This document shows positions 1-9,788 of a stretch of 64,000 nucleotides of DNA, one piece after another. The notes under the pieces are model-generated. The model did no database searches. It was not told the origin of the DNA and saw nothing but the letters and a program-made list of their open reading frames with translations. The stretch lies in assembly GCA_029881215.1 (NCBI GenBank), contig JAOUNA010000001.1:13195-77194 (forward strand). The letters are read 5' to 3'. Source of the stretch: Myxococcales bacterium. Its GTDB lineage: Bacteria; Myxococcota_A; UBA9160; SMWR01. The first letter of the stretch is position 1. The number at the start of each line of letters is the position of its first letter. The position numbers were made by a program, and so were the translations under genes.

Positions 1-1060
1 CGGCGCCGGCAAGAGCACGCTGCTCAAGATCCTCTCGCGCATCACCGCGCCGACGCGCGGCCGGGTCGAGATCCGCGGGCGCGTCGGCAGCCTGCTCGAA
101 GTCGGTACCGGCTTCCACCCCGAACTCACGGGGCGCGAGAACATCTACCTGAATGGCGCCATCCTGGGCATGAAGCGCGCCGAGATCGATGCGCAGCTCG
201 ACGAGATCGTCGCGTTCTCCCAGGTGGAGCGCTTTCTCGACACGCCCGCCAAGCGCTACTCCTCCGGAATGCGGCTGCGGCTCGCATTCGCGATCGCGGC
301 GCACCTCGAGCCCGAGATCCTCATCATCGACGAGGTGCTCGCGGTGGGCGACGCCGCCTTCCAGCGCAAGTGCCTGGGCAAGATGAGCGATGTGGCCCTG
401 CGCGGCCGCACCGTGCTCTTCGTGAGCCACAACATGAACGCGGTGGCGAATCTCTGCACGCGCGTCGCCTGGCTGCGGGACGGACAGCTGGCTTTCGACG
501 GCGCGCCCAGCGACGCGATCCGCGCCTACCTGGACTCGATCCGGGCGGAGTGCCGCGCGCTGCGCAGCGGGGGCGCGGGCCGTTACGACCTGCGCGCTGC
601 GTCCCGCAACGGCAACCAGGCGCGCAGCCGAGCGCGCGCGATCGAATCCTTTTCGATCCGAGACGAGCACGGCGCGCTGACGGATGTGGTGGCGAGCGGC
701 GCGCCGGTCCGCTTCGAGATCGGCTACCGCCACGCGGAGGCGCTGGCGCGCCCCACCTTCGGCATCCTGATCGAGAAGTCGGACGTGGGCAACCTCGTAG
801 CGCTCCAGACGCACATCCAGCACGGGCCGCTCGACAAGCTGCCCGCGTCCGGGCGGGTGCGCTGTGAGGTGCGGCAGCTGCCCCTGGCTCCCGGCGCCTA
901 CACGCTGTCCGTCGGCATGACCACGGGAGGCGAGCAGCTCGACTGGGTCGAGCGCTACGTCGAGCTCGAAGTGCAGCCCGCGGACGTGTACGGTACCGGC
1001 CGGCTGCCGAACCCACGCCACGGCGCAGTGCTCGTGCAGGCGACCTGGTCGTTCCCGTGA
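1..1060 (+). CDS. wzt: ABC transporter ATP-binding protein, Wzt/TagH polysaccharide-export type with C-terminal extension (5' partial, codon phase starts at nt 2)
   Basis: Reading frame is open from the window edge. Translation begins GAGKSTLLKIL (Walker A), then signature YSSGMRLRL, Walker B ILIIDE and H-loop FVSHN. About 150 aa follow the nucleotide-binding domain, as in Wzt exporters. Stop TGA at 1058-1060. Confidence 0.85.
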   Translation, partial: GAGKSTLLKILSRITAPTRGRVEIRGRVGSLLEVGTGFHPELTGRENIYLNGAILGMKRAEIDAQLDEIVAFSQVERFLDTPAKRYSSGMRLRLAFAIAAHLEPEILIIDEVLAVGDAAFQRKCLGKMSDVALRGRTVLFVSHNMNAVANLCTRVAWLRDGQLAFDGAPSDAIRAYLDSIRAECRALRSGGAGRYDLRAASRNGNQARSRARAIESFSIRDEHGALTDVVASGAPVRFEIGYRHAEALARPTFGILIEKSDVGNLVALQTHIQHGPLDKLPASGRVRCEVRQLPLAPGAYTLSVGMTTGGEQLDWVERYVELEVQPADVYGTGRLPNPRHGAVLVQATWSFP

Positions 1061-3219
1061 GCCACCTGCCCCGCGTGGTGCTGCTCGCGGACCGCCCGGA
1101 CTGGGCGTTCTCGTTCGTGGCGCGCGCGCTGATGGCGCGCCTCTCGCAGCGCTTCTGCTTCCGGCTCATCCACCGCGAGTGCGAGGCGCTCGACGTGCCG
1201 GCCGACGAGATCGACCTGCTCTACGTCTTCTGGTGGGGCGATCGCTCCTACCAACACCTGGGCCTGCCGCCCGAGCGCATCATCAAGGAGGTGGCCAGCC
1301 ACCGCTGGGCCATCGAGGAGCGCTTCGGCCAGCTCTCGCCGCAGGCGTTCGCGGCGGAATACCTCGCGGATTGCGCGCGGGTCACCACGCCTTCGGTGCG
1401 CCTCTTCGAGACGCTGCGCGCGGTGCGCTCGGACGTCTTCCACTGCCCGAACGGCGTGGACGTGGCGCGCTTCCGCCCGGGCCGGCCGCGGCGCGGTCCG
1501 CTGCGCATCGGCTGGGTGGGCAATCCGCGCGACACCACCAAGGGGCTCCACGAGATCCTGAAGCCCGCTGCGGCGCGCGCCTTCCACTTCGAGCACACGG
1601 ACGGGCGGCGCAGTCTCGATGAGGTGGCCCGGCTCTATCAGCGCATCGACGTGCTGGCCATCGCGTCGCGCGCGGAGAGCCAGCCCCTGCCGCTGCTCGA
1701 GGCGATGGCCTCCGGCTGCTTTCCGGTGACCACCGACGTGGGCGTCGCTCCCGAGCTGATCCGCTCCGGATGCAACGGCCTGCTGGCGGAGCGAGACATT
1801 TCCGCGTTCCGCGACGCGTTCGATTGGTGCGCGCAGCACCTCGACTTCGTGCGCCGCGCGGGTCGCTTCAACGCCGGGCTCGTGGCGCAGGAACGCGGCT
1901 GGGATCGGCTCGCGGATCGCTTCGGCGCGCTCTTCGACGCGGCGCTCGGGCGCGCCCCGGAGATTCCCGCGCGGGCGCCGCTGCAGGTCGGCAGCGCCCG
2001 CAGCGCGCTCTCGCGCGGCGTGATCCCGGCGCGCGTCGCCTTCGTCACTCCGGAGTTCGTCAGTGAAGACGCCGGCGGCGGCGGGCTCGGCACCTACGTG
2101 GGCCGCATGGCGCGCGCGCTCGTCGAGGCGGGCCACGCGGCGGAGATCTTCGTGCCGAGCGCGCGCGGTCCGGGCCGGATCGAGTGCGACGGCATCCCCG
2201 TGCACCGGGTGCGCCGCGCCGTGGACTCCCGCATCGTCCAAGCGCTGCTGCGCACCTGCCGCGCGCTCGGGCTGCGCCGCCTGGCGCGACCGCTGCTGTG
2301 CGGCATCGAGGCCGCGCGCCTGGCGCGCGCGCTGCGCAGGCGCGAAGCGCAAGCGCCCTTCGATCTCGTCCAGAGCTCGGAGTACCTGGCCGTGGGCTCG
2401 TTCGTCCGCGGCCGCAGGCGCGGTGCACGCCGCCCGCACCTGGTGCGCTGCAGCAACGACGGCGCGCGCATCGCGGCGATCAACCGCGGCAGCGCTGCGG
2501 CGCGCAGCTGGCTCGACGGGCTGGAGCGCCGCTGCGTGCGCGGCGCGGACGCCGCCTACGCGCCGAGCCACTTCCTGGCACGACACTACGCCGCGCAGCA
2601 CGGCATCCCGCTCGCGGTGCTGCGGCCCCCGATCTTCCTCGAGGTGGAGCCGGCGCCCGAGCCGCCGCCCGATCTGCCCAAGCGCTACTTCATCCACTTC
2701 GGTCAGCTCACGCGCATCAAGGGCACGGCCGACCTGGCCGCCGCGCTGCCGCGCGTCTGGGCGCAGGCGCCCGACTTCGCCATGGTCTGGGCGGGGGTGG
2801 ATCGCCATGCCGAGTTCCCGGCGTGGTCGCGCGACTGGGGCGAGCACCGCGACCAGGTCCAGCGGCTGGAGCCGCTGCCCAAGCCCTTGCTCTACGCCGT
2901 TCTCTCGCGCGCCGAGGCCGCGGTGCTGCCCTCGCGCTTCGACAACCTGCCGAACACCGTGATCGAGAGCCTGCTCCACGGCGTGCCGGTGATCGGCACG
3001 CGCGGAACGAGCATCGAGGAGCTGGTCGAGCCCGGCGTCAACGGCCTGCTCGTTGCGCCCGGCGATGTCGCCGCGCTGGCCGACGCGATCTTGCGTCAGT
3101 GGCGGGGAGAGAGCGGCGTGCGCGCGGGATTCCAGTGGAGCGGTACGGTCCGCGAGAGCACGCAGCCCGCGCGGGCGGTGGCGGCGCTCCTCGCGCTGGC
3201 GGAATGCGGCGCGCCGTGA
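1057..3219 (+). CDS. Two-domain GT-B (GT4-like) glycosyltransferase
   Basis: GTG at 1057 overlaps the upstream stop (GTGA). Two separate GT4-type C-terminal motifs: LLEAMASGCFPVTTDVGVAPELI..NGLL and VIESLLHGVPVIGTRGTSIEELV..NGLL. The second half starts VAFVTPEF..GGGGLGTYV. Confidence 0.8.
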   Translation: MSHLPRVVLLADRPDWAFSFVARALMARLSQRFCFRLIHRECEALDVPADEIDLLYVFWWGDRSYQHLGLPPERIIKEVASHRWAIEERFGQLSPQAFAAEYLADCARVTTPSVRLFETLRAVRSDVFHCPNGVDVARFRPGRPRRGPLRIGWVGNPRDTTKGLHEILKPAAARAFHFEHTDGRRSLDEVARLYQRIDVLAIASRAESQPLPLLEAMASGCFPVTTDVGVAPELIRSGCNGLLAERDISAFRDAFDWCAQHLDFVRRAGRFNAGLVAQERGWDRLADRFGALFDAALGRAPEIPARAPLQVGSARSALSRGVIPARVAFVTPEFVSEDAGGGGLGTYVGRMARALVEAGHAAEIFVPSARGPGRIECDGIPVHRVRRAVDSRIVQALLRTCRALGLRRLARPLLCGIEAARLARALRRREAQAPFDLVQSSEYLAVGSFVRGRRRGARRPHLVRCSNDGARIAAINRGSAAARSWLDGLERRCVRGADAAYAPSHFLARHYAAQHGIPLAVLRPPIFLEVEPAPEPPPDLPKRYFIHFGQLTRIKGTADLAAALPRVWAQAPDFAMVWAGVDRHAEFPAWSRDWGEHRDQVQRLEPLPKPLLYAVLSRAEAAVLPSRFDNLPNTVIESLLHGVPVIGTRGTSIEELVEPGVNGLLVAPGDVAALADAILRQWRGESGVRAGFQWSGTVRESTQPARAVAALLALAECGAP

Positions 3220-3236
3220 ACGCGATGCAGGGCGGC

Positions 3237-3962
3237 TCAGCGGGCGGCGCGCTCGCGCAGGAGCTGGCGCGCGAAGTGCCAGACGAAGCGCGGATTGTGC
3301 ACGGCGTAGCGGCGCCACAGACGGCGCGGCTCGCAGAGCAGGCGGAACAGCCACTCGAGGCCGGCGTGCTGCATCCAGCCCGGCGCCTGGTGCTTGGCGC
3401 CCGAGAGGAAGTCGAAGGCGGCGCCGACGCCGAGCATGGCGCAGGAAAGCCGGTCCCGGTGCGCCGCCATCCAGCGCTCCTGCTTGGGACAGCCGAGGCC
3501 GACGAAGAGCACGCGGACGCCCGATTCCGCGATCGCGGTGCTGAGCTGAGCGTCTTCCTCGGGCGACACGTCGCCGAACGGCGGACTGTGGGCGAAGGCG
3601 ATGCGCAGGGCCGGAATCCAGTCGTTGAGTGCGCGCGTCAGCGCGTCGAGCACGTCGGGGTGGCCTCCGTAGAACCCGACGGCCAAGCCGCGCCGCGCCG
3701 CTTCGCGACACACCACGGGCGTGAGATCCGGACCGTAGACGCGCTCCGCCTGCGGCAGGCCGAGCCAGCGCAGCGCCCACACGAGCGGCACACCGTCCGA
3801 GGTGACGAGATCCGCGCTGTTCACGAGCCGGCGGAAGTCCGGATCGTCGAACGCCTCCATCACCATGTGCACGGTCGCAACACAGGTCGTGCCGCCGCCC
3901 GCCTCCGCCATATCGACGATGGCGCGGGCGGCATCCGCGTAGCACGTGGCATCGACGCGCAT
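3237..3962 (-). CDS. WecG/TagA/CpsF family (GT26) glycosyltransferase
   Basis: Family-typical ILGMRVD start region, DLVTSDGVPLVW, LFVGLGCPKQERW, LGVGAAFDF and LEWLFRL. ATG at 3962. An in-frame GTG at 4058 is an alternative start. The ORF track extension to 4943 is Arg/Ala-rich junk. Confidence 0.8.
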   Translation of the reverse strand: MRVDATCYADAARAIVDMAEAGGGTTCVATVHMVMEAFDDPDFRRLVNSADLVTSDGVPLVWALRWLGLPQAERVYGPDLTPVVCREAARRGLAVGFYGGHPDVLDALTRALNDWIPALRIAFAHSPPFGDVSPEEDAQLSTAIAESGVRVLFVGLGCPKQERWMAAHRDRLSCAMLGVGAAFDFLSGAKHQAPGWMQHAGLEWLFRLLCEPRRLWRRYAVHNPRFVWHFARQLLRERAAR

Positions 3963-4207
3963 GCCGAGGATGCGGCGCGAGGCGCGCGCGGGCAGCGCCG
4001 GATCCCGCTTCTCGACGCGGATCGGGCGCGCGTCCGCGGGCCGGGGCGCCTCGTCCACGAGCCTCGGCTGCGGGGCGTGCTCCACCGCGTGTGTATCGGC
4101 CCGTTCGGATCGGGGTTGAGCGCGATGCGCAGGATCGCTGCCTAAAGGCGCGGCGCCACGACGCCGATGCAGAAGCTCGACCCGCGGCAGAGGACCCAGC
4201 GGCGCCC

Positions 4208-5401
4208 ATGAAACACTCCGCCGATCGGCGCATCCCGCCCCCCGTGGCGCACCGCCGCAGCCGGACGCTGGCCGCGCTGCTGGCCGCGCTCGCGCTGTGC
4301 GCGGCGGGCTGCGCAGAGACCGCGCGCGACGCGGCGTGGCCCGAGGGCGCGCTCTGCGTGGGGCGCACGGCAGCCCTGCGCAGCGTGCTCGAGGATCTGC
4401 AGCGCCTGGAGGCGACGCCCCTGGCGCGCGCGGCCCGGGATCTCGCCGCCGCCCTGCCCGCTTGCGAGCGCTTCGAGAGCCACGCCGGCTCCGGGCAGCT
4501 GCAGGATCTCGCCGCCTCGCTGCGCTGCGGCGAGCCGGCGGGCGCGCTCGGCGCGGTGCACCGCGCGCTCGGCGATGGCGATCTGCTGCTCGCGCTGCCC
4601 ACCGCGAGCGGCGGACGCGCGCGCCTCGGTGCGCGCGTCGATGCGCGGAACATCCGCCTCGCGGTGGACTGGCCCGACGCCCCCGCCGACGGTGCGCTCG
4701 GGCTGCTGCTGCCCGGCGATGCGGCGCTCGGATCCGAGCTGTTGAGCGACCGACAGCGCGTGCTCCACCTGCACGTGCGACCGGCCAGCGGACTCGACCT
4801 GGCCGCGCTGGTGCCCGCGCACAGCCAGGCCGATCGACTCTTCCGGCTGCGCAGTGCGCTCTTCGCCGGCGCCGCGCTCGACGGCAGCTGGGAGGCCGCG
4901 GTGTACCTGCCCGAGCCCGAGCGCGCGATGCCGCGCGCGGCACTCGCCCTCGAATTCGGCGTGCGCCGCGCCGCGGTGCTGGGCATCGAGCAGTTCATCG
5001 AGGAGATCGCCTCGACCTGGCCGGTGCGCCGCAGCGACTTCGCGCTCGGCGGCGCCCCCGGCGCGTGCCTGCTGAATCTGAACATCCTGCCCGAGTTCGC
5101 CCCGTGCTACGTGGCCACCGCGCGGGCGCTGGTGATCGGCTGGAACGCGGCGAGCCTGGCGTCCGCGCTGGCCGAGCCGATCGAGCCCGCGCCCGTGCCC
5201 GATGGCGAGCGCGCAGCGGGCAGCGCGGTGCTCGACTTCCGGCGCGTGCGCGACGCCGACGCGCTGCTCGCAAGCGCGCTCGGGCCCGATGGGCTCGCGA
5301 ACGCGCTGCAGCTTCCGTGGCGGCGCCTCGTGGCGAGCGGAAGCCGCGCCGACCACACGCTGCGCGCGCGAATCGAGATCGAGCGGGAGACGTCGCCGTG
5401 A
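4208..5401 (+). CDS. Hypothetical lipoprotein
   Basis: ATG at 4208 gives MKHSADRR...LAALLAALALCAAGC, a basic N-terminus plus hydrophobic core plus lipobox L-C-A-A-G-C. GC3-rich frame. No domain recognised. Stop overlaps the next start (GTGA 5398-5401). Confidence 0.6.
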   Translation: MKHSADRRIPPPVAHRRSRTLAALLAALALCAAGCAETARDAAWPEGALCVGRTAALRSVLEDLQRLEATPLARAARDLAAALPACERFESHAGSGQLQDLAASLRCGEPAGALGAVHRALGDGDLLLALPTASGGRARLGARVDARNIRLAVDWPDAPADGALGLLLPGDAALGSELLSDRQRVLHLHVRPASGLDLAALVPAHSQADRLFRLRSALFAGAALDGSWEAAVYLPEPERAMPRAALALEFGVRRAAVLGIEQFIEEIASTWPVRRSDFALGGAPGACLLNLNILPEFAPCYVATARALVIGWNAASLASALAEPIEPAPVPDGERAAGSAVLDFRRVRDADALLASALGPDGLANALQLPWRRLVASGSRADHTLRARIEIERETSP

Positions 5402-7725
5402 CGCTGGGGCGCACCCCGCGCGCGCTGGCCCTGCTGGCGCTGCTCGCCGCGGCCGTCGGCGTCGGCATCGTGTCGTTCGAGACCACGCGCGAGCAGCTGG
5501 TCGTGCTCGACGCGTGCGAACGCGTGCGCAGCGGAGACTACGCCGCCGCGCTCGCGCTCACCGCGGGGCGCGTCGGACCCGGCGGCGTGGGTCGCACCGC
5601 GGCGGAGTGCCGCTGTGCCGCGCTGGCGGCGACGGGACGCGGCGCGGACTGCCTCGCCATGCTCGAGGATCTGCTCGCCGATCCGGAGGCGCTGGAGTGG
5701 GCTCCAGAGCCCGCCCTCAGCGCGCATCTGATCCAGCGCCGGCGCGACGCGGGGCGCATCCGCGAAGCGGCGGATCTCGCGCGCCGCGCCGGGCGCGCGC
5801 ACCCGGAAGACGCAGTTCTGTTTCATCTGGAGCTCGCGACCCGCGCGAGCGTCGAAGACGAGGAGCGCGTGCTCCACGAGCTCGAAGCGCGCATTCCCGC
5901 GCGCGGCGACGACGCGACGCGCATGCGCGTCAGCCTCGCGCAGCGCCGGCTGCAGCGCGGCGAAGCCGCGCGCGCCCTCGACGTGCTCGGGGCAGAGCCC
6001 GCGGGCGGCGGCGCCGCCGAGCAGAGCCTCTGGTACGACACGCGCGGCATCGCCTTCGCCATGGCGGGCGACGCCCTGCAGGCCCGGCGCGTCTACGCGG
6101 CGTGGCAGGCGGCGGGCGGGAACCCCGCCGAGACGCGCGCGCGCTACGCGCTGGCGCTCAGCATCGCGGGCATCTCCGACGCCGAGCACAGCGTCATCGA
6201 TCTGCTGGCAGGGGCGCTGGACGGCAGCGAGGCTCTCGAGGATCGGCAGCTGCGCGAGATGCTGGCGATCCGGCTGATCCTCACGCTCGCCAACGCGGGA
6301 CGCCTGGACGAAGCCCTGGCCGCGTACGATCGGCAGCGCGGCGCGCTGCCGCTCGAGGGACTGAGCCGCGAAGAGCTGGTGCGCGCGCAGCGCGCGCAGA
6401 CGCTGGCGCAGCTGACGCCGCAGGCGCGCCGCGGCCGGCTGCGCTTCCGGCTCGACGCCGCACCGCCGGGCAGCGCGTTGTGGATCTCTCCGGATTCCGG
6501 CGCGCCGCCCGACACGCCGTTCGAACGCGTGGGCGCCGCCGCCGCGCGGCCCCTCGAGGTGGTGCGCGAGGCCGGTGAGGCGCCCCAGCGCTGGCTGGTG
6601 AAGACCAGCTCTGGCGCCGCGTGGGCGTCGGGCACGATCAATCCGATTCCGGGCGAGGCGCTCGAGGTGGCGGTGCGCGCCGGCCCCGCGCGCCCCGCGC
6701 CCGAGTCGACCGCCCTCACGCGCCGCCCTGCCGACGGGCAGCGGCGCGTGTCGCTCGTGGTGCTCGACTGCGCCGACTGGCGCATCGTTCAGTACCTGCG
6801 CGCGCGCGGCGAACTCCCCGTGCTCGACGCGCTGCTCGCACAGGGCTACCGCGCGGTGCTCGACAGCAATCCGCCGCTCACCGCCGCAGCGCTCGAGGCA
6901 CTCGTGTGGCCGCGCCGCCACGGCGACGCCTCGTTCGTGGGTCTGGTGCACCAGCTCGGCACCGAGATCGCCGGCCTCGCCTCGGTGGGCGACAACCCGC
7001 TCGACTGGCTCGCCTGGATCCTGCCGGAGAGCGACGATCTCTTCGCGGTGGTGGGCGCCGGCGAGCACTCGGCGGTGAATCTGCTGCTGGCGCATGGCGG
7101 CATCCGCGCCGGTCGACACGGAGAAGTGAGCGGACCGCACGGTGCACGCCGGCTTCTGGCCCTCGGCAGCACCGAGCGCGATCTCGATGCGGCGGAGCGG
7201 GCGCGCTGGCCGGAGCTGGCGGCGCTGGACTCCGCGCGCGACGCGCTCTACCTGCGCACCATCGCCGCCGAGCTCGACGTGGCCACCGAGCTGGCGCGCG
7301 GCGGCGCGATCGATCTGGTCGCCATCCGTATCGAGCCGCTCGACATCCTCACCCACGCCCACTTCGCCGAGATCAGCGCCGACGGGCAGGACGACGGTGC
7401 TGGACTGCTGTTCTCGGTATACCGGTACATCGACGCGCGACTCGCCGCGCTGCACGACGCGCTCGACGCCGACGATGTGCTGATCGTCATGTCGGACCAC
7501 GGCATCCGCACCGCGATGGAGCACTCGCGGGACGCGATCTTCGTGGCCGCCGGCCGCGACATCGCGCCGGGTCGCGCCGCGGGCCGACCCGAGCTGCGCG
7601 GCGTGTCGCGCGCCGTGGCCGATCTGCTCGCGGTGCCGACCGACTGGCCGGCCACCGGCGTCGCGCTCCAGACGCGCGCCCTGGCGCGTGGGCCGCGGGC
7701 GCTGCCCGCCGCCGGCGCGCGCTGA
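5398..7725 (+). CDS. Membrane-anchored protein with helical TPR-like region and C-terminal alkaline-phosphatase-superfamily (type I phosphodiesterase/nucleotide pyrophosphatase-like) domain
   Basis: GTG at 5398. N-terminal anchor ALALLALLAAAVGVGIV. Ala/Leu/Arg helical repeats. C-terminal VSLVVLDCADWRIVQYL..LPVLDALL..NPPLTAAALEAL and VLIVMSDHG motifs, typical of the AlkP/NPP core. Confidence 0.7.
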   Translation: MTLGRTPRALALLALLAAAVGVGIVSFETTREQLVVLDACERVRSGDYAAALALTAGRVGPGGVGRTAAECRCAALAATGRGADCLAMLEDLLADPEALEWAPEPALSAHLIQRRRDAGRIREAADLARRAGRAHPEDAVLFHLELATRASVEDEERVLHELEARIPARGDDATRMRVSLAQRRLQRGEAARALDVLGAEPAGGGAAEQSLWYDTRGIAFAMAGDALQARRVYAAWQAAGGNPAETRARYALALSIAGISDAEHSVIDLLAGALDGSEALEDRQLREMLAIRLILTLANAGRLDEALAAYDRQRGALPLEGLSREELVRAQRAQTLAQLTPQARRGRLRFRLDAAPPGSALWISPDSGAPPDTPFERVGAAAARPLEVVREAGEAPQRWLVKTSSGAAWASGTINPIPGEALEVAVRAGPARPAPESTALTRRPADGQRRVSLVVLDCADWRIVQYLRARGELPVLDALLAQGYRAVLDSNPPLTAAALEALVWPRRHGDASFVGLVHQLGTEIAGLASVGDNPLDWLAWILPESDDLFAVVGAGEHSAVNLLLAHGGIRAGRHGEVSGPHGARRLLALGSTERDLDAAERARWPELAALDSARDALYLRTIAAELDVATELARGGAIDLVAIRIEPLDILTHAHFAEISADGQDDGAGLLFSVYRYIDARLAALHDALDADDVLIVMSDHGIRTAMEHSRDAIFVAAGRDIAPGRAAGRPELRGVSRAVADLLAVPTDWPATGVALQTRALARGPRALPAAGAR

Positions 7726-7760
7726 GCCGCGCGGCGGCGGCCCGGGACGAACGGGCGGCT

Positions 7761-9788
7761 ATGCTCGGCGTCTCGATCATGTCGAAGCCCTCTTCCCTCC
7801 GCGTGCTGGCGCTGCTGCTGCTCGGGTGCGCGCTCCCGAGCTGCGGCGGCGATCGGGAGGCGAGCGTCGGCGACGCCGCGGTGCAGCGCAGCGCCACGGC
7901 GGCGGCGCCCGCGCGCGAGGGACCGCCCCACGCGGTGTGGGAGGTGGTGGATGCGCTGCGCGCCTCGCGCGACCTCTCCTACCACCCGTCCGATGGCGGC
8001 GGCTCCGCCCGGCTGGTCCGCGGCCCGGAGCAGAAGCCGTACGCGGTGGTGGGCACGCCCGATCGCTTCGACGTGGTCTACGAGGTCGGCCCCCACGGCA
8101 TCGCCACGGGCGGCATGATCTACTTCCAGGTATCGCCGTTCTGGAACTGGACCACACCGCAGGTCGTCTCTCCGGACGCGCCGGGCTACACCCTGGTGAC
8201 GCCGAGCGATGCCGGCATCGAGCTGCACGCGCAGACGCTCGACGAACAGCTGCTCGGCATCCAGGTCACGGGGCGTCCGCTCGTCGCCGGGGATCGCATC
8301 GAGATCGCCTTTGGCGCGGGCTCGGCGGGCGCCCTGCCCGACACCTACGCCGAGCGGCGCTCGCCCTTCTTCATCGGCGTGGACGGCGACGGCGACGGCA
8401 CGCGGCGCTTCATTCCCGACCCGCCCACGATCGACGTGCGGCCCGGCGAGGCGGTCGGATTCCAGATGATCGTCCCGACGCTGGCGCGCCCGGGCGAGAC
8501 GATCCGCATCGCGCTCGCCTTCCTCGACGCGTGGCACAACGCGGGCGCGGCGTTCGAGGGCGAGGTCCGGTTCGTCGATCTGCCGTCGGGGCTGGCGCTG
8601 CCGGAGGCCGTGCCCTTCGACGCAGCGCATGGCGGAACGCGCAGCGTGGAGGTCGTCGCGCGCGAGCCCGGGGTCTACCGGCTGCGCGCCGAGGCCGGCG
8701 CGTGGACGGCCGAGAGCAACCCGCTGCTCGTCGCCTCCAACGGTCCGCGCGTGCTCTGGGGAGACCTGCACGGTCACTCGAATCTCTCCGACGGAACCGG
8801 CGTGCCCGAGGATTACTTCCGCTATGCACGGGATGTGAGCGCGCTCGACGTGGTCGCGCTCACGGATCACGACCACTGGGGCATGTTTCCGCTGGTCGAG
8901 CATCCAGAGATGTGGCGGGAGATCGTCGAGCAGACGCGGCGCTTCTACGCGCCCGGTCGCTTCGTGACCCTGCTCGGATTCGAGTGGACGAGCTGGATCC
9001 ACGGCCACCGGCACGTGCTCTACTTCGGCGATCGGGGCGAGCTCTTCGATTCCGTGGACACGCGCACCGAGTCTCCGCGGCAGCTCTGGGATGCGCTCGC
9101 GGCCGGCGGCTTCGAGGCGCTCACCTTCGCGCACCACTCGGCCGGCGGCCCCGTCCCCACCAACTGGGACATCCCCCCCGATCCGCGCTTCGAGCCGCTC
9201 ACCGAGATCGTCTCCATCCACGGCAACAGCGAGGCGCAGGACGCGCCAGACAGGATCTACTCGGCCATTCCGGGCAACTTCGTTCGCGACGCACTGGCGC
9301 GTGGCTACCGCCTCGGCTTCGTGGGCAGCGGCGATCGCCACGACGGGCACCCGGGCGCCTATCAGCTGGAGCCGCCCCACGGCGGTCTCGCCGCCATTCT
9401 CGCCGAGGACGTGACGCGCGAGTCCGTGCTCGAAGCGCTGCGCGAGCGGCGCGTCTACGCCACCAACGGCGCGCGCATCCTGCTGCGCGCGGGGCTCGGC
9501 GCGCACCGCATGGGATCCGTGGTGTCGCTGGCCAGGGGCGAGCGCCTCTCGGCGGAGATGGTGGTGCAGGTGCTGGCGCAGGCGCCGCTCGATCGCGTGG
9601 AGATCGTGCGCAGCGGCGCCGTCGTGGACGGCGCGGCCCTGGGCGGCCAGTGGGACATCCTCTTCAGCAGCGAGATTGCGGATCTCGAGGCCGGCGAGTA
9701 CGTCTACGCGCGCGTCGTGCAGGACGACGGCGGCATGGCCTGGTCGAGCCCCGTGTTCGTGGAGGCGCCGGACGCGGATGTGCGCTGA
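7761..9788 (+). CDS. PHP-domain / DUF3604-like metal-dependent phosphoesterase, predicted lipoprotein
   Basis: Signal plus lipobox LALLLLGCALPSC. PHP-type metal motifs LWGDLHGHSNLSDGTG and LDVVALTDHDHW, further His clusters, and a C-terminal EALRERRVYATNGARI motif. Start at ATG 7761 or 7779. Confidence 0.7.
   Translation: MLGVSIMSKPSSLRVLALLLLGCALPSCGGDREASVGDAAVQRSATAAAPAREGPPHAVWEVVDALRASRDLSYHPSDGGGSARLVRGPEQKPYAVVGTPDRFDVVYEVGPHGIATGGMIYFQVSPFWNWTTPQVVSPDAPGYTLVTPSDAGIELHAQTLDEQLLGIQVTGRPLVAGDRIEIAFGAGSAGALPDTYAERRSPFFIGVDGDGDGTRRFIPDPPTIDVRPGEAVGFQMIVPTLARPGETIRIALAFLDAWHNAGAAFEGEVRFVDLPSGLALPEAVPFDAAHGGTRSVEVVAREPGVYRLRAEAGAWTAESNPLLVASNGPRVLWGDLHGHSNLSDGTGVPEDYFRYARDVSALDVVALTDHDHWGMFPLVEHPEMWREIVEQTRRFYAPGRFVTLLGFEWTSWIHGHRHVLYFGDRGELFDSVDTRTESPRQLWDALAAGGFEALTFAHHSAGGPVPTNWDIPPDPRFEPLTEIVSIHGNSEAQDAPDRIYSAIPGNFVRDALARGYRLGFVGSGDRHDGHPGAYQLEPPHGGLAAILAEDVTRESVLEALRERRVYATNGARILLRAGLGAHRMGSVVSLARGERLSAEMVVQVLAQAPLDRVEIVRSGAVVDGAALGGQWDILFSSEIADLEAGEYVYARVVQDDGGMAWSSPVFVEAPDADVR

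Noticed and set aside
955-5085. Very long ORFs on the opposite strand or in other frames of recognisable genes. Examples are 955-5085(-) 1376 aa, 10583-13861(+) 1092 aa, 15447-18350(+) 967 aa, 40405-44364(-) 1319 aa, 40872-45158(+) 1428 aa, 5107-7524(-), 7248-9506(-) and 58901-60691(-).
   Set aside because: Their translations are Arg/Ala/Gly/Pro-rich low complexity with no family motifs. They fully overlap genes that have clear catalytic signatures. This is the expected artefact of stop-codon-poor DNA at roughly 70% GC.
4297-7725. N-terminal extensions of true genes in the ORF track: 4297-7725, 6621-9788, 33080-34513, 27346-28308, 31444-32430, 29043-31820, 15687-20702, 49298-51928, 49469-51949 and 56490-58004.
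   Set aside because: The extensions overlap upstream genes that have better coding signal and translate to junk-like sequence. Internal starts with ribosome-binding sites, signal peptides or family-typical N-termini were chosen instead.
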